DNA of 64,000 nt from Eledone cirrhosa (Eukaryota). The notes below the pieces were generated by a model. It ran no database searches and was not told where the DNA came from. It saw only the letters and a list, made by a program, of their open reading frames with translations. The stretch spans positions 220,410,001 through 220,474,000 of the forward strand of contig OZ024743.1 of assembly GCA_964016885.1 (NCBI GenBank), given 5' to 3'. Numbering within the stretch: position 1 is the first letter of the stretch; each line of letters starts with the position of its first letter. The translations under genes were made by a program, and so were the position numbers. This document shows, piece by piece, positions 27,781-41,033 of this stretch.

Positions 27781-29765
27781 AATCTGCAAGTCCGTCACAC
27801 ATGAACTGAGTGAGGAGTTTAGTCCGGTCAACTGGGTATCGGTGTTTCCGGTGGCTGTGAGGGACACTCAGAACTTCAGCAGCTGCCCATCGATACCTGC
27901 ATCCAGGGACTCCAGGCCCCTCATTGTCAAGCTTGACATGAGGAATGCCTTTAACTCTTTACGCCGGGATCATCTGCTCGAGGCCTGCCTCAGCCGAGCC
28001 CCCTCTGCTTACCCGCTGGCCTACCTGTCATATGGAGCCCCGAGCATGCTCCTAGCTGCTGATACGGTCATACCCTCTGCTACTGGGGTCCAACAGGGCG
28101 ACTCTTTGGGACCCCTCCTGTTTGCCCTTGGTATTGACCACATCGCCCGGAGTATCACGGCCCCTCTCAACGTTTGGTATCTGGATGATGCTACGTTGGG
28201 CGGGCCCGTACGGACAGTCTGTCAAGACCTTCAATCGGTGATTCCTGCCCTGATGTGAATCGGCCTCCAGGTCAACTCGGCCAAGTCAGAGGTGGTGAAC
28301 GTCAGCCTCGATGCTGTGAGCTTTGCAGCCTCCGTCTTGGACGTGCGGTCCATTCTCCGCCAGGTTCAGTTGACCCCCAAAGAGGATGTCCTCATCCTCG
28401 GTTCACCGATCCACCCGCCGGCCATCCGCTCCACCATCAGGTCCAGGCTTCAACAGCTCCAGACTCTCATGAGCCGACTGGGCTTGATTGACGGCCACCC
28501 AGCTCTCTTTCTGCTGAGGAACTGCTTCGCCATGCCGAAGCTCCTCTATACACTCCGCAGCGCTCCATGCTACACCCAGACATCTCTCCTCGCTGACCTC
28601 GATACTTGTATCCGAGCAGCAGCCGAGAGGATATGCAACGTCAAGTTTGACGACATAGGGTGGCAACGGGCCACTTTACCGGTCAGGTATGGCGGCCTAG
28701 GCCTCCGGTCCCCGATCTCACCAGCTTTGCCGGCGTATCTTTCGTCGGTAACCTCGTCAGCAGGGTTCTTCAAAACACAACAGAACCCTCTGTGTTCAGA
28801 TAACGTGAGGCCGCCTGTGAGACGTGGGACCGGCTGGGACTTAGCCCAGTAGACGTCCCTCCTCATTCTCCCCCTGTTGACGTCAAGTCCCCCCAACGCA
28901 CTTGGGATGCCATCCAGTGCAGCCTGGCCTCAGACAGGCTCACGCGCCAGCTCGACCAGCACCGCCTTGCTTGTTTTCGTGCGGCTTCCAAACCCCACAG
29001 TGGTGCCTGGCTCCATGCTCTGCCCTCTTTCTCCACTGGCACGCAGCTAGACAACCATAGCCTGTGAATCGGCGTTTCCCTGAGACTCGGCCTCCGGATC
29101 TGCCAGTCACACCAATGTCGCTGCGGTTCCACCGTGGACTCTTTCGGCCTCCACCAGCTTTCCTGTCGCCACAGTGCCGGCCGCATTCCACGCCATACTT
29201 AATGACCTCAACGAGGTCATTAAGCATGGCTTGGACGCTGCAGGCTTCCCTTCCCAGCTCGAGCTGGTTGTGCTGGATCGAGGGGACGGCAAAAGGCCAG
29301 ATGGCATGACCATCTTCCCGTTCCGCGGTGGCAAACCTCTCGTCTGGGATGCCACTTGCACCGACACTTTCTGCAGCCGCAACCTTGTGCAGTCTGCGAC
29401 TGACCCAGGTTCTGCTGCACGTTGGGCTGAGGGGGCCAAACTCCTCAAATACCGGTCGCTCTCCGACAGGTTGGCGGTCGTTCCCCTGGCAGTGGAAACT
29501 CCTGGTGTCCTCGGCCCCAGGGCTACCTCCTTACTCACCACCATAGGCGCTGAGCTGGCCAGCCGTAGGTGTGAGCCCCGCGAGTTGGAGTGGCTTTACC
29601 AGCGCGTCTCCCTTGCCGTCCCCCGGGGGAACGCGTTCTCCATTCTCTCCGCCGGGGCTGTGGGTGGGCCCCATCGCGTACCATTACATTAGTTAAATAC
29701 CATTCTTTCATCTCATAAATATAAAATATACTAGAATCCAGTTTTAGGAAATGTATTAATTTCAA
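27781..29765 (+). mobile_element. 5'-truncated, decayed CRE-clade non-LTR retrotransposon (RT, CCHC knuckle, restriction-like endonuclease)
   Basis: RT motifs QLGIGVSGGCE, KLDMRNAFNSL, GVQQGDSLGPLLF, WYLDD; LPVRYGGLGL; SGAWLHALP; [17 protein letters not shown]; RLE motifs KRPDG...WDATC, PLAVETPG, QRVSLAVPRGNA. In-frame stops (e.g. TGA 28,256) and frameshifts; terminal stop 29,690-29,692; short AT-rich 3' UTR. Confidence 0.88.
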
Positions 29766-32095
29766 AACAACAACGACAGCAACAGCAATATCAACAACAA
29801 TGACAGCAACAGCAACAGCAATAACAACAACAACAACAATGACAGCAATAGCAATAACAACAACAACAACGACAGCAACAGCAATAACAACAACAACAAT
29901 GACAGCAACAGCAATAACAACAGCAACAACAACAGCAATAACAACAACAACAGCAATAACAACAGCAATAACAACAGCAATAACAACAACAGCAATAACA
30001 ACAGCAATAACAACAGCAATAACAACAACAACAGCAATAACAACAGCAATAACAACAGCAACAGCAACAGCAATAACAACAACAACAACAATAACAACAG
30101 CAATAACAACAGCAATAACAACAACAACAGCAATAACAACAGCAATAACAACAGCAATAACAACAACAACAACAGCAATAACAACAACAGCAACAGCAAT
30201 AACAACAGCAATAACAACAACAGCAACAGCAATAACAACAACAACAACGACAGCAACAGCAATAACAACAGCAATAACAACAGCAATAACAACAGCAATA
30301 ACAACAACACCAGCAATAACAAAGGCAATAACAACAGCAATAACAACAACAGCAGCAATAACAACAACAGCAGCAATAACAACAACAACAACAATGACAG
30401 CAACAGCAATAACAACAGCAATAACAACAACAACAGCAATAACAACAGCAATAACAACAGCAATAACAACAGCAATAACAACAGCAATAACAACAACAAC
30501 AGCAATAACAACAGCAATAACAACAGCAATAACAACAACAACAGCAATAACAACAGCAATAACAATAACAGCAACAGCAATAACAACAATGACAGCAACA
30601 GCAATAACAACAGCAATAACAACAACAACAGCAATAACAACAGCAATAACAACAGCAATAACAACAACAACAGCAATAACAACAGCAATAACAATAACAG
30701 CAACAGCAATAACAACAATGACAGCAACAGCAATAACAACAGCAATAACAACAACAACAGCAATAACAACAGCAATAACAACAGCAATAACAACAGCAAT
30801 AACAACAACAACAGCAATAACAACAGCAATAACAACAGCAATAACAACAGCAATAACAACAGCAACAACAACAACAACAACAGCAATAACAACAACAACA
30901 ATAACAGCAACAGCAATAACAACGGCAATAACAACAGCAATAACAACAACAACAGCAATAACAACAGCAACAACAACAACAGCAATAACAACAACAACAA
31001 TGACAGCAACAGCAATAACAACAGCAACAGCAATAACAACAACAACAGCAATAATAACAGCAATAACAACAGCAATAACAACAGCAACAGCAACAGCAAT
31101 AACAACAACAACAGCAATAATAACAGCAATAACAACAGCAACAACAACAGCAATAACAACAGCAATAACAACAGCAATAACAACAACAACAGCAATAACA
31201 ACAGCAATAACAACATCAAGAGCAACAGCAATAACAACAACAACAGCAATAACAACAGCAATAACAACAGCAATAACAACAACAACAGCAATAACAACAG
31301 CAATAACAACAGCAATAACAACAGCAATAACAACAGCAACAGCAACAGCAATAACAACAACAACAGCAATAACAACAGCAACAGCAACAGCAATAACAAC
31401 AACAACAGTAATAATAACAGCAATAACAACAGCAATAACAACAGCAATAATAACAGCAATAACAACATCAATAACAACATCAACAGCAACAGCAATAACA
31501 ACAACAACAGCAATAACAACAGCAATAACAACAGCAATAACAACAGCAATAACAACAGCAACAACAACAACAGCAATAACAACAGCAATAACAACAGCAA
31601 TAACAACAGCAATAACAACAGCAACAGCAACAGCAATAACAACAACAACAGCAATAACAACAACAACAACAATGACAGCAACAGCAATAACAACAACAAC
31701 AACAATGACAGCAACAGCAATAACAACAACTACAATGACAGCAACAGCAATAACAACAGCAATAACAACAGCAACAGCAACAGCAATAACAACAACAACA
31801 ACAATGACAGCAACAGCAATAACAACAACTACAATGACAGCAACAGCAATAACAACAGCAATAACAACAGCAACAGCAACAGCAATAACAACAACAACAA
31901 CAATGACAGCAACAGCAATAACAACAACAACAATGACAGCAACAGCAATAACAACAGCAATAACAACAGCAACAGCAACAGCAATAACAACAACAACAAC
32001 AACAATGACAGCAACAGCAATAACAACAACAACAATGACAGCAACAGCAATAACAACAGCAATAACAACAGCAATAACAACAGCAATAACAATGA
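29766..32095. repeat. Compound microsatellite of ACAGCAATA(ACA)n units
   Basis: Read directly; dominated by GCAATAACAACA units, distinct from the left-hand array. Confidence 0.97.
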
Positions 32096-32929
32096 TGACC
32101 AAAGACGACGTCATAAATACATAACATAACAAAAAGAAAAAAAACAGAAAGAAAACCATGTGAGAAGCAGTGTAGAAATCTAATAAAAGTACATAGTACC
32201 CCCTCACACCTCTCCTCTCAACACCTCCATCACTTTGTCTCCTTATAATTTTCTTAATAATGAATATTATTTTAAATTGAAATGTTGCAGTGATTCATTC
32301 TCCAATGAATAGTTTAGGATTATGTCCATGACTTGTATTTATTTATTTATTTATTTAATTATTTATTTATTTATTTATTTGTTTGTTTGTTTGTTTGTTT
32401 GTTTGTTTATCTATTTCCATATTTATGTGCGATTCATAGTTGTAGAAATGTCATTACGGTCCTGTATAAGATCTATAACATTATCTCCGATTGATATTGT
32501 TCTGTATTAACATAAAATTGGAAAGCATGATAAAAAATATTTCTGATATTACGTTTAGCCTACTGTAAATACAGATCGAAAGTGTTCGATAAATGAAAGC
32601 ATTAATGAACGGAAATATGCACCAATGAATTTATTTAACTCTTCCATTACCATATTTTTAATTAAAGAAACTGTCTGTGATTTTCAAATAATTTCGAGAA
32701 TATTCAAGAAGCTGGAGGATTTTCATAATCTAACTATCATATTATTAAATTGATGTTTGGAACTTAATAATTATTATGGAACATAATATTTAGATGACTA
32801 TACCCCCCGCCCCTCATAACTCTTTGTGGAGTCGTAGAGGCACCGTCAAACGGCGTGTCTAGGGCACATTAAAACCTGGCGGAGTCCAACTCTCTCCAGG
32901 TCTGAACACAACCAATTTTTTTATATAGA

Positions 32930-33093
32930 GGAAGAATCGACCCCAGTACTGAAGTGGCACTTTTTTTTTTATCGACCTCAAAAGGATGAAAGGCAAAGTT
33001 GACCACGGCGGGATTTGAACTCAGAGTGCGCAATGAGGTGGGACGAATACCGTAAAGCATTCTATCTGACGTCTTAACGACTCTGCCAATTCG
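32930..33093 (-). mobile_element. tRNA-derived SINE copy (diverged)
   Basis: GGATTTGAACTC (B box, minus) and ATCGAC..AAGGATGAAAGGCAAAGTT core shared with other copies. Confidence 0.8.
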
Positions 33094-33120
33094 AGATGAC
33101 TATATGCATGGAGTATATAT

Positions 33121-33255
33121 CTTAGAAACAGGACCGGTTTCATGTGGCCTTAGAAGCAGGTCCGGTTTCATGTGGCCTTAGAAGCAGGGCCGTTTTCAGG
33201 TGGCCTTAGAAGCAGGGCCGTTTTCAGGTGGCCTTAGAAGCAGGGCCGTTTTCAG
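33121..33255. repeat. 28-bp minisatellite, ~4.8 copies
   Basis: CTTAGAAGCAGGGCCGTTTTCAGGTGGC-like unit with period 28 (33,121; 33,149; ...). Confidence 0.9.
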
Positions 33256-33415
33256 TTGGTTTGTTATGAAAAGGGTTTAAAAAATAAAAGTTCTTTAATA
33301 TAATCTTAATCTACAGCTAACTTTTCAAAAAGCAACTCTTTAAAATTACAAAGAATATACTTTAATAAGATATCTACGAGAAAACAAAGTGATAATATTA
33401 TTAATGCTAATCAAA

Positions 33416-33638
33416 GGGCGGTGGATTGGCAGTATCGGTAGAGGGTCTGACGCCATGTTTTGACGCGTAGACTTACGGCCCTTTATGATCTGAGTTCAAA
33501 TCCCGCCGAGGTTAACTTTGCCTTTCATCCTTACAGGGTCGATAAAATAAAGTACCAGTAACGCACTGGGTCGATTTAATCGACTTGCCCCTCCCCCAAA
33601 ATTGCTGGCCTTGTGCCTGTATAAGAAATGATTATTAA
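33416..33638 (+). mobile_element. Full-length tRNA-derived SINE (octopus-type, MetaSINE-like central domain)
   Basis: A box TGGCAGTATCGG, B box GAGTTCAAATCC, core GCCTTTCATCCTTACAGGGTCGATAAAATAAAGTACCAG, tail GCTGGCCTTGTGCC ending in ATTATT. Family name recalled from the literature, not searched. Confidence 0.88.
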
Positions 33639-33747
33639 TGCCAATCAGAACAACAGCAGCAGTAGCAGCAACAACAACAACAGCAACGGTAACAAAGAAT
33701 AACAACAAGTAGCACAACAACAATATTAAAACTTAAGCAGTAAATAA

Positions 33748-34490
33748 AATAATTGTTTCTGATTTAGGCACAAGGCTAGCAATTTTTTAGGGGCTGGTGG
33801 TGGTTAGTCGATTAAATCGATCGCAGTGCATTAGGGTTCTTTATTTTATCGATTCCGTAAAGATGAAAGCAAAGCTAACCTCGCCGGAATTTGAACTCAG
33901 ATCGTAAAGGGCCGTAACTATATGCCACAAAGCATGTTGTCCGACGCTCAAACGATACTGCAAATTCACCGCTCTTAAATAATGATTTCTAGTATAGGCA
34001 CAAGGCCAGTAATAATGGTTTCTGATTTAGGCGCAAGGCCACCACTTTTGGGGGGAGGGGAAAGTCGATTAAATCGACACCAGTACATTACTGGTACTTT
34101 ATTTTATCGACACCGTAAGGATGAAAGGCAAAGTTAACCTCGGCGGGATTTTAACTCAGAGCATAAAGGGCCGTAACTCTATGCTGCAAAGCATGGTGTC
34201 CGACTCTACCGATACACCTTAGCCACCGCCCTCACCACTCTTAAATAATAACCAAAAATAATTATTGTTTCTAACACTGGGACTAGGATAGCAATTATTA
34301 GTTTTTGAGCGGAGGAGTAAGTCGGTGATATCGATTCAAGTACTTAACTAGTACTTTACTTTATCGATCCACATAAGAATGAAAATGAAAGTTGATCTAG
34401 GTGGGATTTGAATTCAGAACATAAAGAGCCGAAACAAATATGACTAAGCATTTGTCCAACGCTCTACTGATTATCAATTCATCAGCTCTA
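33748..34490 (-). mobile_element. Three head-to-tail SINE copies (33,748-33,975; 33,978-34,231; 34,258-34,490)
   Basis: Each shows, in plus-strand order, tail, GTCGATTAAATCGA-like segment, TTTATCGA..GATGAAA core and B box; third copy more diverged. Confidence 0.85.
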
Positions 34491-34593
34491 AATAATAATA
34501 AAATAAAAAATAACGACAACTACTAGCACAAGGCTAAACAACAGCAATGATAATTAAAAAAAAAAACAACTTATGAATGAAAAGAACGCTCAC

Positions 34594-34933
34594 CTTTTCC
34601 TTGTCCTAGTTTGTCAGTAATCAGTGTACTCGCCTTCGTACTAAAGACGGCCGCATTTTTTACGAACGCCTCCTTGAAGACTTCGTAACCATTGAAGAAA
34701 ATAAGAAGCTTGTTGCCGACATAGATGCTGAATATATCGCCATACTGTCGCCGGAGAGCCGCCAGTACATCAGCCGGATGGGTTCCCGTAAACAACGCTG
34801 TGCTCCCGATGATCGGGATGCGGACCGGACCAGGAGGGATGCCCTTTGGTCGCTGCATTAGAATCCAAATGAGAAGTCCGGTGAGAGTAAAAATAAAGAA
34901 GCTAACGAGGTCTACACTAGGTTGAAACCACAT
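34594..34933 (-). CDS. First coding exon of a cytochrome P450, CYP2 clan-like
   Basis: MWFQPSVDLVSFFIFTLTGLLIWILMQ (membrane anchor), RPKGIPPGPVRIPIIG (Pro-rich hinge), LRRQYGDIFSIYVG, FNGYEVFKEAFV...FS. Phase-1 donor AAG|GTGAG at 34,594/34,593. Upstream polypyrimidine+TTTAG acceptor at ~34,981 implies a 5' UTR intron. Confidence 0.9.
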
Positions 34934-35559
34934 GATGGATGATATGGTTGATAGGTAGGAAAGAAAAAAAACAAGTACCACTAAAGACAAAACAAAGAGA
35001 GATACAAATAGAGAATCACACTATCTGGTGACTGGTGTTTTATGTCAAGTTTCTGATGTGTGTGTATGTGTGTGTGCGTATGCGTTTAATTTAAATTTGC
35101 TTTAAGTCAAAGTACAGTCCTACCCGCGAGCATATACAAACATACATAAACATATATACATATATCATCATCATTTCACGCTCGGTTTCTCTGTATGTAC
35201 ACAAGATATCTAATATAGACACACAAACCTATGTGATACCGATACTCACTAAGTTATTAATAGGAAACAAATAATAAAATTAAACTAATTTGTTGATACA
35301 TATACACAAACAGATATATACTTACAAACATATACATACACACATACACATATAGTGTTTTGCTTCGACAAGTTACACACCTTCAACTCAAAGGACACAT
35401 ATTCACATGAGACATTCACACATACATATATATGTATATATATGTATATATATAAACACAAATAAACAAACTAATAATCGGAAGCTATAGAAAATGATCT
35501 AAAGTACTTTACGTAAATAACATATAAGGAGGACACAAACACACGCGTTTATATATGTG

Positions 35560-35617
<58 letters not shown>

Positions 35618-35698
35618 AATAAATATATATATATATATATACAAATAAATATAAATATTTATTTATTTATTTGTATATATATATATACAAATAAATAA

Positions 35699-35736
<38 letters not shown>

Positions 35737-35740
35737 ACAC

Positions 35741-36025
35741 CAGCGGTTATCAACCTTAGGTCTACGCCTTCATGGGCCTCTACGAAGGTTCGACGGGGGG
35801 TGCGTGAACTATTGTGTTCACAATTATAAATACATTATTAGAAACGTCATATATGCACTCCAGATTGAGTATCCATATAAACACACTTCTCTCTTTTGAT
35901 TATTATTAGTATTATTATTATCGCCTTATGAAAATCTGGCTGGGGGGTGTAATTTTAGCAGGGGTCCATGGGAAAATATCATGAAATAAAACTGGTCCTT
36001 GATAGTGAAAAGGATGGGAATAACT

Positions 36026-36026
<1 letters not shown>
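35741..36026. mobile_element. hAT/Charlie-like MITE
   Basis: Imperfect termini CAGCGGTTATCAACCTT ... AAGGATGGGAATAACTG, internal GGGGTCC motif, no ORF. Confidence 0.55.
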
Positions 36027-36059
<33 letters not shown>

Positions 36060-36155
36060 AATAACACAATAACACAGGCAAGCACAGCACAGCAAAACAA
36101 TACGGGTTGAATATGTTGAACGCGATGAATGAATCTACGTCTGTCTGTGTATGTC

Positions 36156-36233
<78 letters not shown>

Positions 36234-37086
36234 AATGAAAAATGGCGTGCTGTGTTGTTGCACAAATTAAAATGAAGAATTAGAAATAGAAGCCAGGACT
36301 ATGTATGTATGTATGTATGTATGTATGTATGTATGTATGTATGTATGTAGGTATGTATCTAGGTAGGTATGTATATAGGTATGTATGTATGTCTATATGT
36401 ATGTATTTATGTATGTATGAATGTATGTATGTATGTACGTATATATATATATGTGTGTGTGTATATAAATGAATGAATGAATATATGAATGAATGAGACG
36501 ATGCTCTCTGGTTTGTCCGTTGGTCGCCTGGCTGGCTGGTCGGTCGGTGGTGGTAACTTTTAAGGACAAGCAACCGGCGCATGTAAAGTTCTAGGGAACG
36601 AAAGGATAGCGATTGTGTGAAACTAGCGACTGGCTGATATTTACCGGGGCACGCGGCTAAATCCTCACCTCTCAACAGGCGGCTAATTGATGTTTGTAAA
36701 TAAAGAAGTTTGTAAATGAATAAATAAAAAAAAAGAAAGAAGTTTGTAAATAAACATATAAAAAAAAAAGAAGTTTGTAAATAAATAAATAAAAAACAAG
36801 TTTGTAAGTAAATAAATAAATAAAAAATATATATATGAATAGATAAATAAATATATAGTAAAAAATATAAAAAAATACAAATAAATAAAATATATAATAA
36901 AATATAAAGAAAAAAAAATCAACAATTTCACTAGACAAAACAAGAATAAAAGGAGGGAGTGATGGTGGTGGATTTCGTAGTAATAATTGTAGGAGCAGTA
37001 ACAGTAGTGGTAGTAGTAATGGAGGTTTGAGCGGGAGTGGGCTAGTGCGTTTGTATATATACATATAATATATAGAGTGACAACCG

Positions 37087-37860
<774 letters not shown>

Positions 37861-39359
37861 CATACATATAGATGCATACATACCTGCAATTATTCATACA
37901 TACACACATACACACATATATACATACATTTTCATTTTTGCACTCACGAACATTGGCAAAAATACTCACGGACATCGCGAATACGTTCCCAATTACATTC
38001 ATACGTACGTACGTACATATATGCATAATACGTACACACACATACACATATACATATGTATATACATACGCACTCACTCGTTTGCAAACACTTTTATACA
38101 CAAACACGTTCACATAAACCCATATGCGCATACATACCTACACAAACAGACTTGCATATTGACAAACACACACACGCACATGAAGGCACATGTATTTCTC
38201 ATATACTCGTTATCACACTATCACACACATAAACAGTTGTATATGTGTGTTAGTATAGATGTATGGAAGTAGTTTAACCGAATGAGCGAGAAAATCAGCT
38301 TGCAATCACGAAATTCTGAGTTCGATCGTAGGTTTACAACTGTACGTGAATACTCATCTTTTACCATTTCTTAGAGGGTTCTAAACCCCACTATCAGGCT
38401 AAAATTTCTTTAGTAAAAAATACAGCGAATGCTTCTATTTCTAATTTCAAACTCGCTCGCTCTTTCAAAACTTACTTGTAACTATAAAAATGATAAAGAA
38501 TTTAATAATTAGTAAGATATATAGAACTTGATATTTAGTAAGATATATAGAAACAGAACGTAGCATTGGAAAAGAATATAAATGCTATAAATGAGAGGAA
38601 AAGGAAGGAAAGGGCAAGGATTATTAGGCAACCAAAGAAAGAAAGAAAAAAGAGGAGAGACTGACAGACTCTACACCTAAATTAGAGCGGTGTTTTTGCT
38701 GCCCCCCGCCGACAAAATGACAAAGGAGCATTGTGAATGAAACCGAGTAGACAGAAACTGTGCAAGCTGGTTGGATGAGTAGTATCTGTAAATCAGCCTT
38801 ATCAAATACTGTCACGCTGATTCTGTCTAAGGTTTACCTCAAAATTCTTTTAAAATTCAATTTTTAAAGGGTTGTAAATTTTTGGTTATTAATTTCTTGA
38901 AAAATTGGTTGTATCAACTGGAATTAATTTATTACAGATTTCTAGTATAGGTATATGGGTATTGTAGCAGCGGGTCCGTGGAAAAATATCATGAAATAAA
39001 ACTGGTCCTTGATAGTGAAAAGGATGGGAATAACTGGCATATATATATATCACAATAACACAGGCAAGCACAAGACAGCAAAACAATACGGGTTGAATAT
39101 GTTGAATGCAATGAATGAATCTACGTCGGTCAGTTTATGCCTGTCTGTGTGTATATGGGTGCAGTCGATAAATATGTTATAGTCGGTCACCAGTTCATGA
39201 CTAGTACATATTTTATCAATAACTGAATAACAATGTCAATATTGACAATAAAAAAATATATTTCCTTATATTTGTGAAATACACTGTTAGTGATTTTCAA
39301 ATGATTTTCTAAATGATCAAAATTTTAGAGAGAGATTGTCTCATTATTATGGTTGTGTA

Positions 39360-39497
39360 TTGAGTTCAAATCCCGCCGAGGTTAGCTTTGCCGTTCATCC
39401 TTACGAGGTGGATAAAATAAAGTACCAGTCACGCACTGGGTCGATTTAATCCCCACAAAATTATTGGCCTTGTGCCTGAATCACAAACCATTGTTAT
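39360..39497 (+). mobile_element. 5'-truncated SINE
   Basis: Starts at B box TGAGTTCAAATCCC; core and tail GGCCTTGTGCC present. Confidence 0.8.
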
Positions 39498-39652
39498 GGT
39501 TGTGTTTGAAGCACAAGGTTCTTACATAGACTTATGATTGAATGATTTTAGATCGATATAATCACTTATCGTAGAATCAAAAGCGCTTCCAGACGATTTG
39601 ATATCAGAAAGGTTAAAACTTAACTACAGTCTGAGCAAATAAAAATTCACAA

Positions 39653-39722
<70 letters not shown>

Positions 39723-39994
39723 GCATTCTAGTCAATCTGATTTTACACCTGCCAGTCGTGATACCACTTCCTACCGGGAGGTTTCTCGAATATTTGAATG
39801 AAAGGTCCACCAATCCTATGATGAAAAGCGATGTGAATTTCATATTTTAATTTTAAATTTTCAAGTAATGGGGTTGATTTCATCAACTAAGTCCCTATTT
39901 TAAGTTCTAATTTCAAGACTTCAAATCTTACCGAGTTCAAGCTACAAAAAGATTGGAAATGACTCGTACTGAAATTAAACCGAATAACTTCGAT

Positions 39995-40610
39995 AATAAT
40001 GATTTCAAATTTAGGCACAAGGCCAACAACATATTGGGAAAGAGAAAGTTGATTAAATCGACTCCAGTGCATTACTGATACTTTATTTTATCGACGCAGT
40101 AAGGATGAAATACAAAGCTAACATCAGCGGGATTTGAACTCAGAATTTAAAGGACCGTAACTATATGCAACACACCATGTTGTCTGACGCTCTATTGACA
40201 CTGCCAATCCGCCACCCTCGTCAAGACGATGTATGGCGTCCGACTCTCTACCGATACTGCCTAATGGTAATTCCTTTGTTGCTGTTTGAACTCAGAATGT
40301 AAAGGGCCGTAACTATATGCAGCAAACCTTTTGTCTGACGTTCTACCGACACTGCCAATCCGCCACCCTTCATCCAGACGATAATAATTGTTTCTACTTT
40401 TGGCATAAGGCCAGCAATTGCCCCAGTGTATTACTGGTACTTTATTTTATCGACCCCGTAAGGATGAAAGGCAAAGATAACTTCGGCGGGATTTGAACTC
40501 AGACCATAAAGGGCCGTAAGTCTATGCGTCAAAGCATGGCGTCCGACCCTCTACCAATACTGCCACTCCATCCCCCTCCAGACGATAATAATGGTAATTC
40601 CTTTGTTGTT
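39995..40610 (-). mobile_element. SINE cluster: full copy 39,995-40,220, partial duplicate 40,235-40,380, short-tail copy 40,381-40,580
   Basis: Repeated TTTGAACTCAGA..GGCCGTAA..ACTGCCA head segments; core present in the first and last copies. Confidence 0.85.
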
Positions 40611-40859
40611 TTTGTAGTTGTCGTTTCTCTTATTTGGTATTTTGAAATATATTTTATGCTGTTTATTACTTTCAACATCTTTTACTATCGCACTTATTAG
40701 ACAACAAATTAAAGTACAATTCAAATGGAAAAAAATAATTTAAAATTCAATAATATAAAAAAAGTAATAAAACAACAGCTAAATTACACTAAGTAATAGA
40801 TACGTTAGTGTTACACTGAAGAGAACTTTGGAATGAATGACAAACTAGAAGACAATAGA

Positions 40860-40860
<1 letters not shown>

Positions 40861-40890
<30 letters not shown>

Positions 40891-40928
40891 CTTCTTCTTC
40901 TTCTTCTTCTTCTTCTTGATCATCATCG

Positions 40929-40960
<32 letters not shown>

Positions 40961-41033
40961 TTCTTCTTCTTCTTCTTCTTCTTCTTCTTCTTCTTCTTCT
41001 TCTTCTTCTTCTTCTTCTTCTTCTTCTTCTTCT
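40861..41033. repeat. (CTT)n-(CAT)n-(CTT)n microsatellite
   Basis: Read directly. Confidence 0.95.

Noticed and set aside
28052-29546. Short antisense and alternate-frame ORFs over the CRE element
   Set aside because: Shadows of a GC-rich retrotransposon coding region.
24404-32207. Long poly-N/T/L/V/C ORFs, including the 921-aa Thr/Asn-rich ORF fused to RT
   Set aside because: Stop-free frames of AAC-type repeats; the RT fusion is a chance in-frame junction and ends at a premature stop.
33416-33510. tRNA gene
   Set aside because: A and B boxes belong to a SINE head with extended spacing and a SINE body; no cloverleaf.
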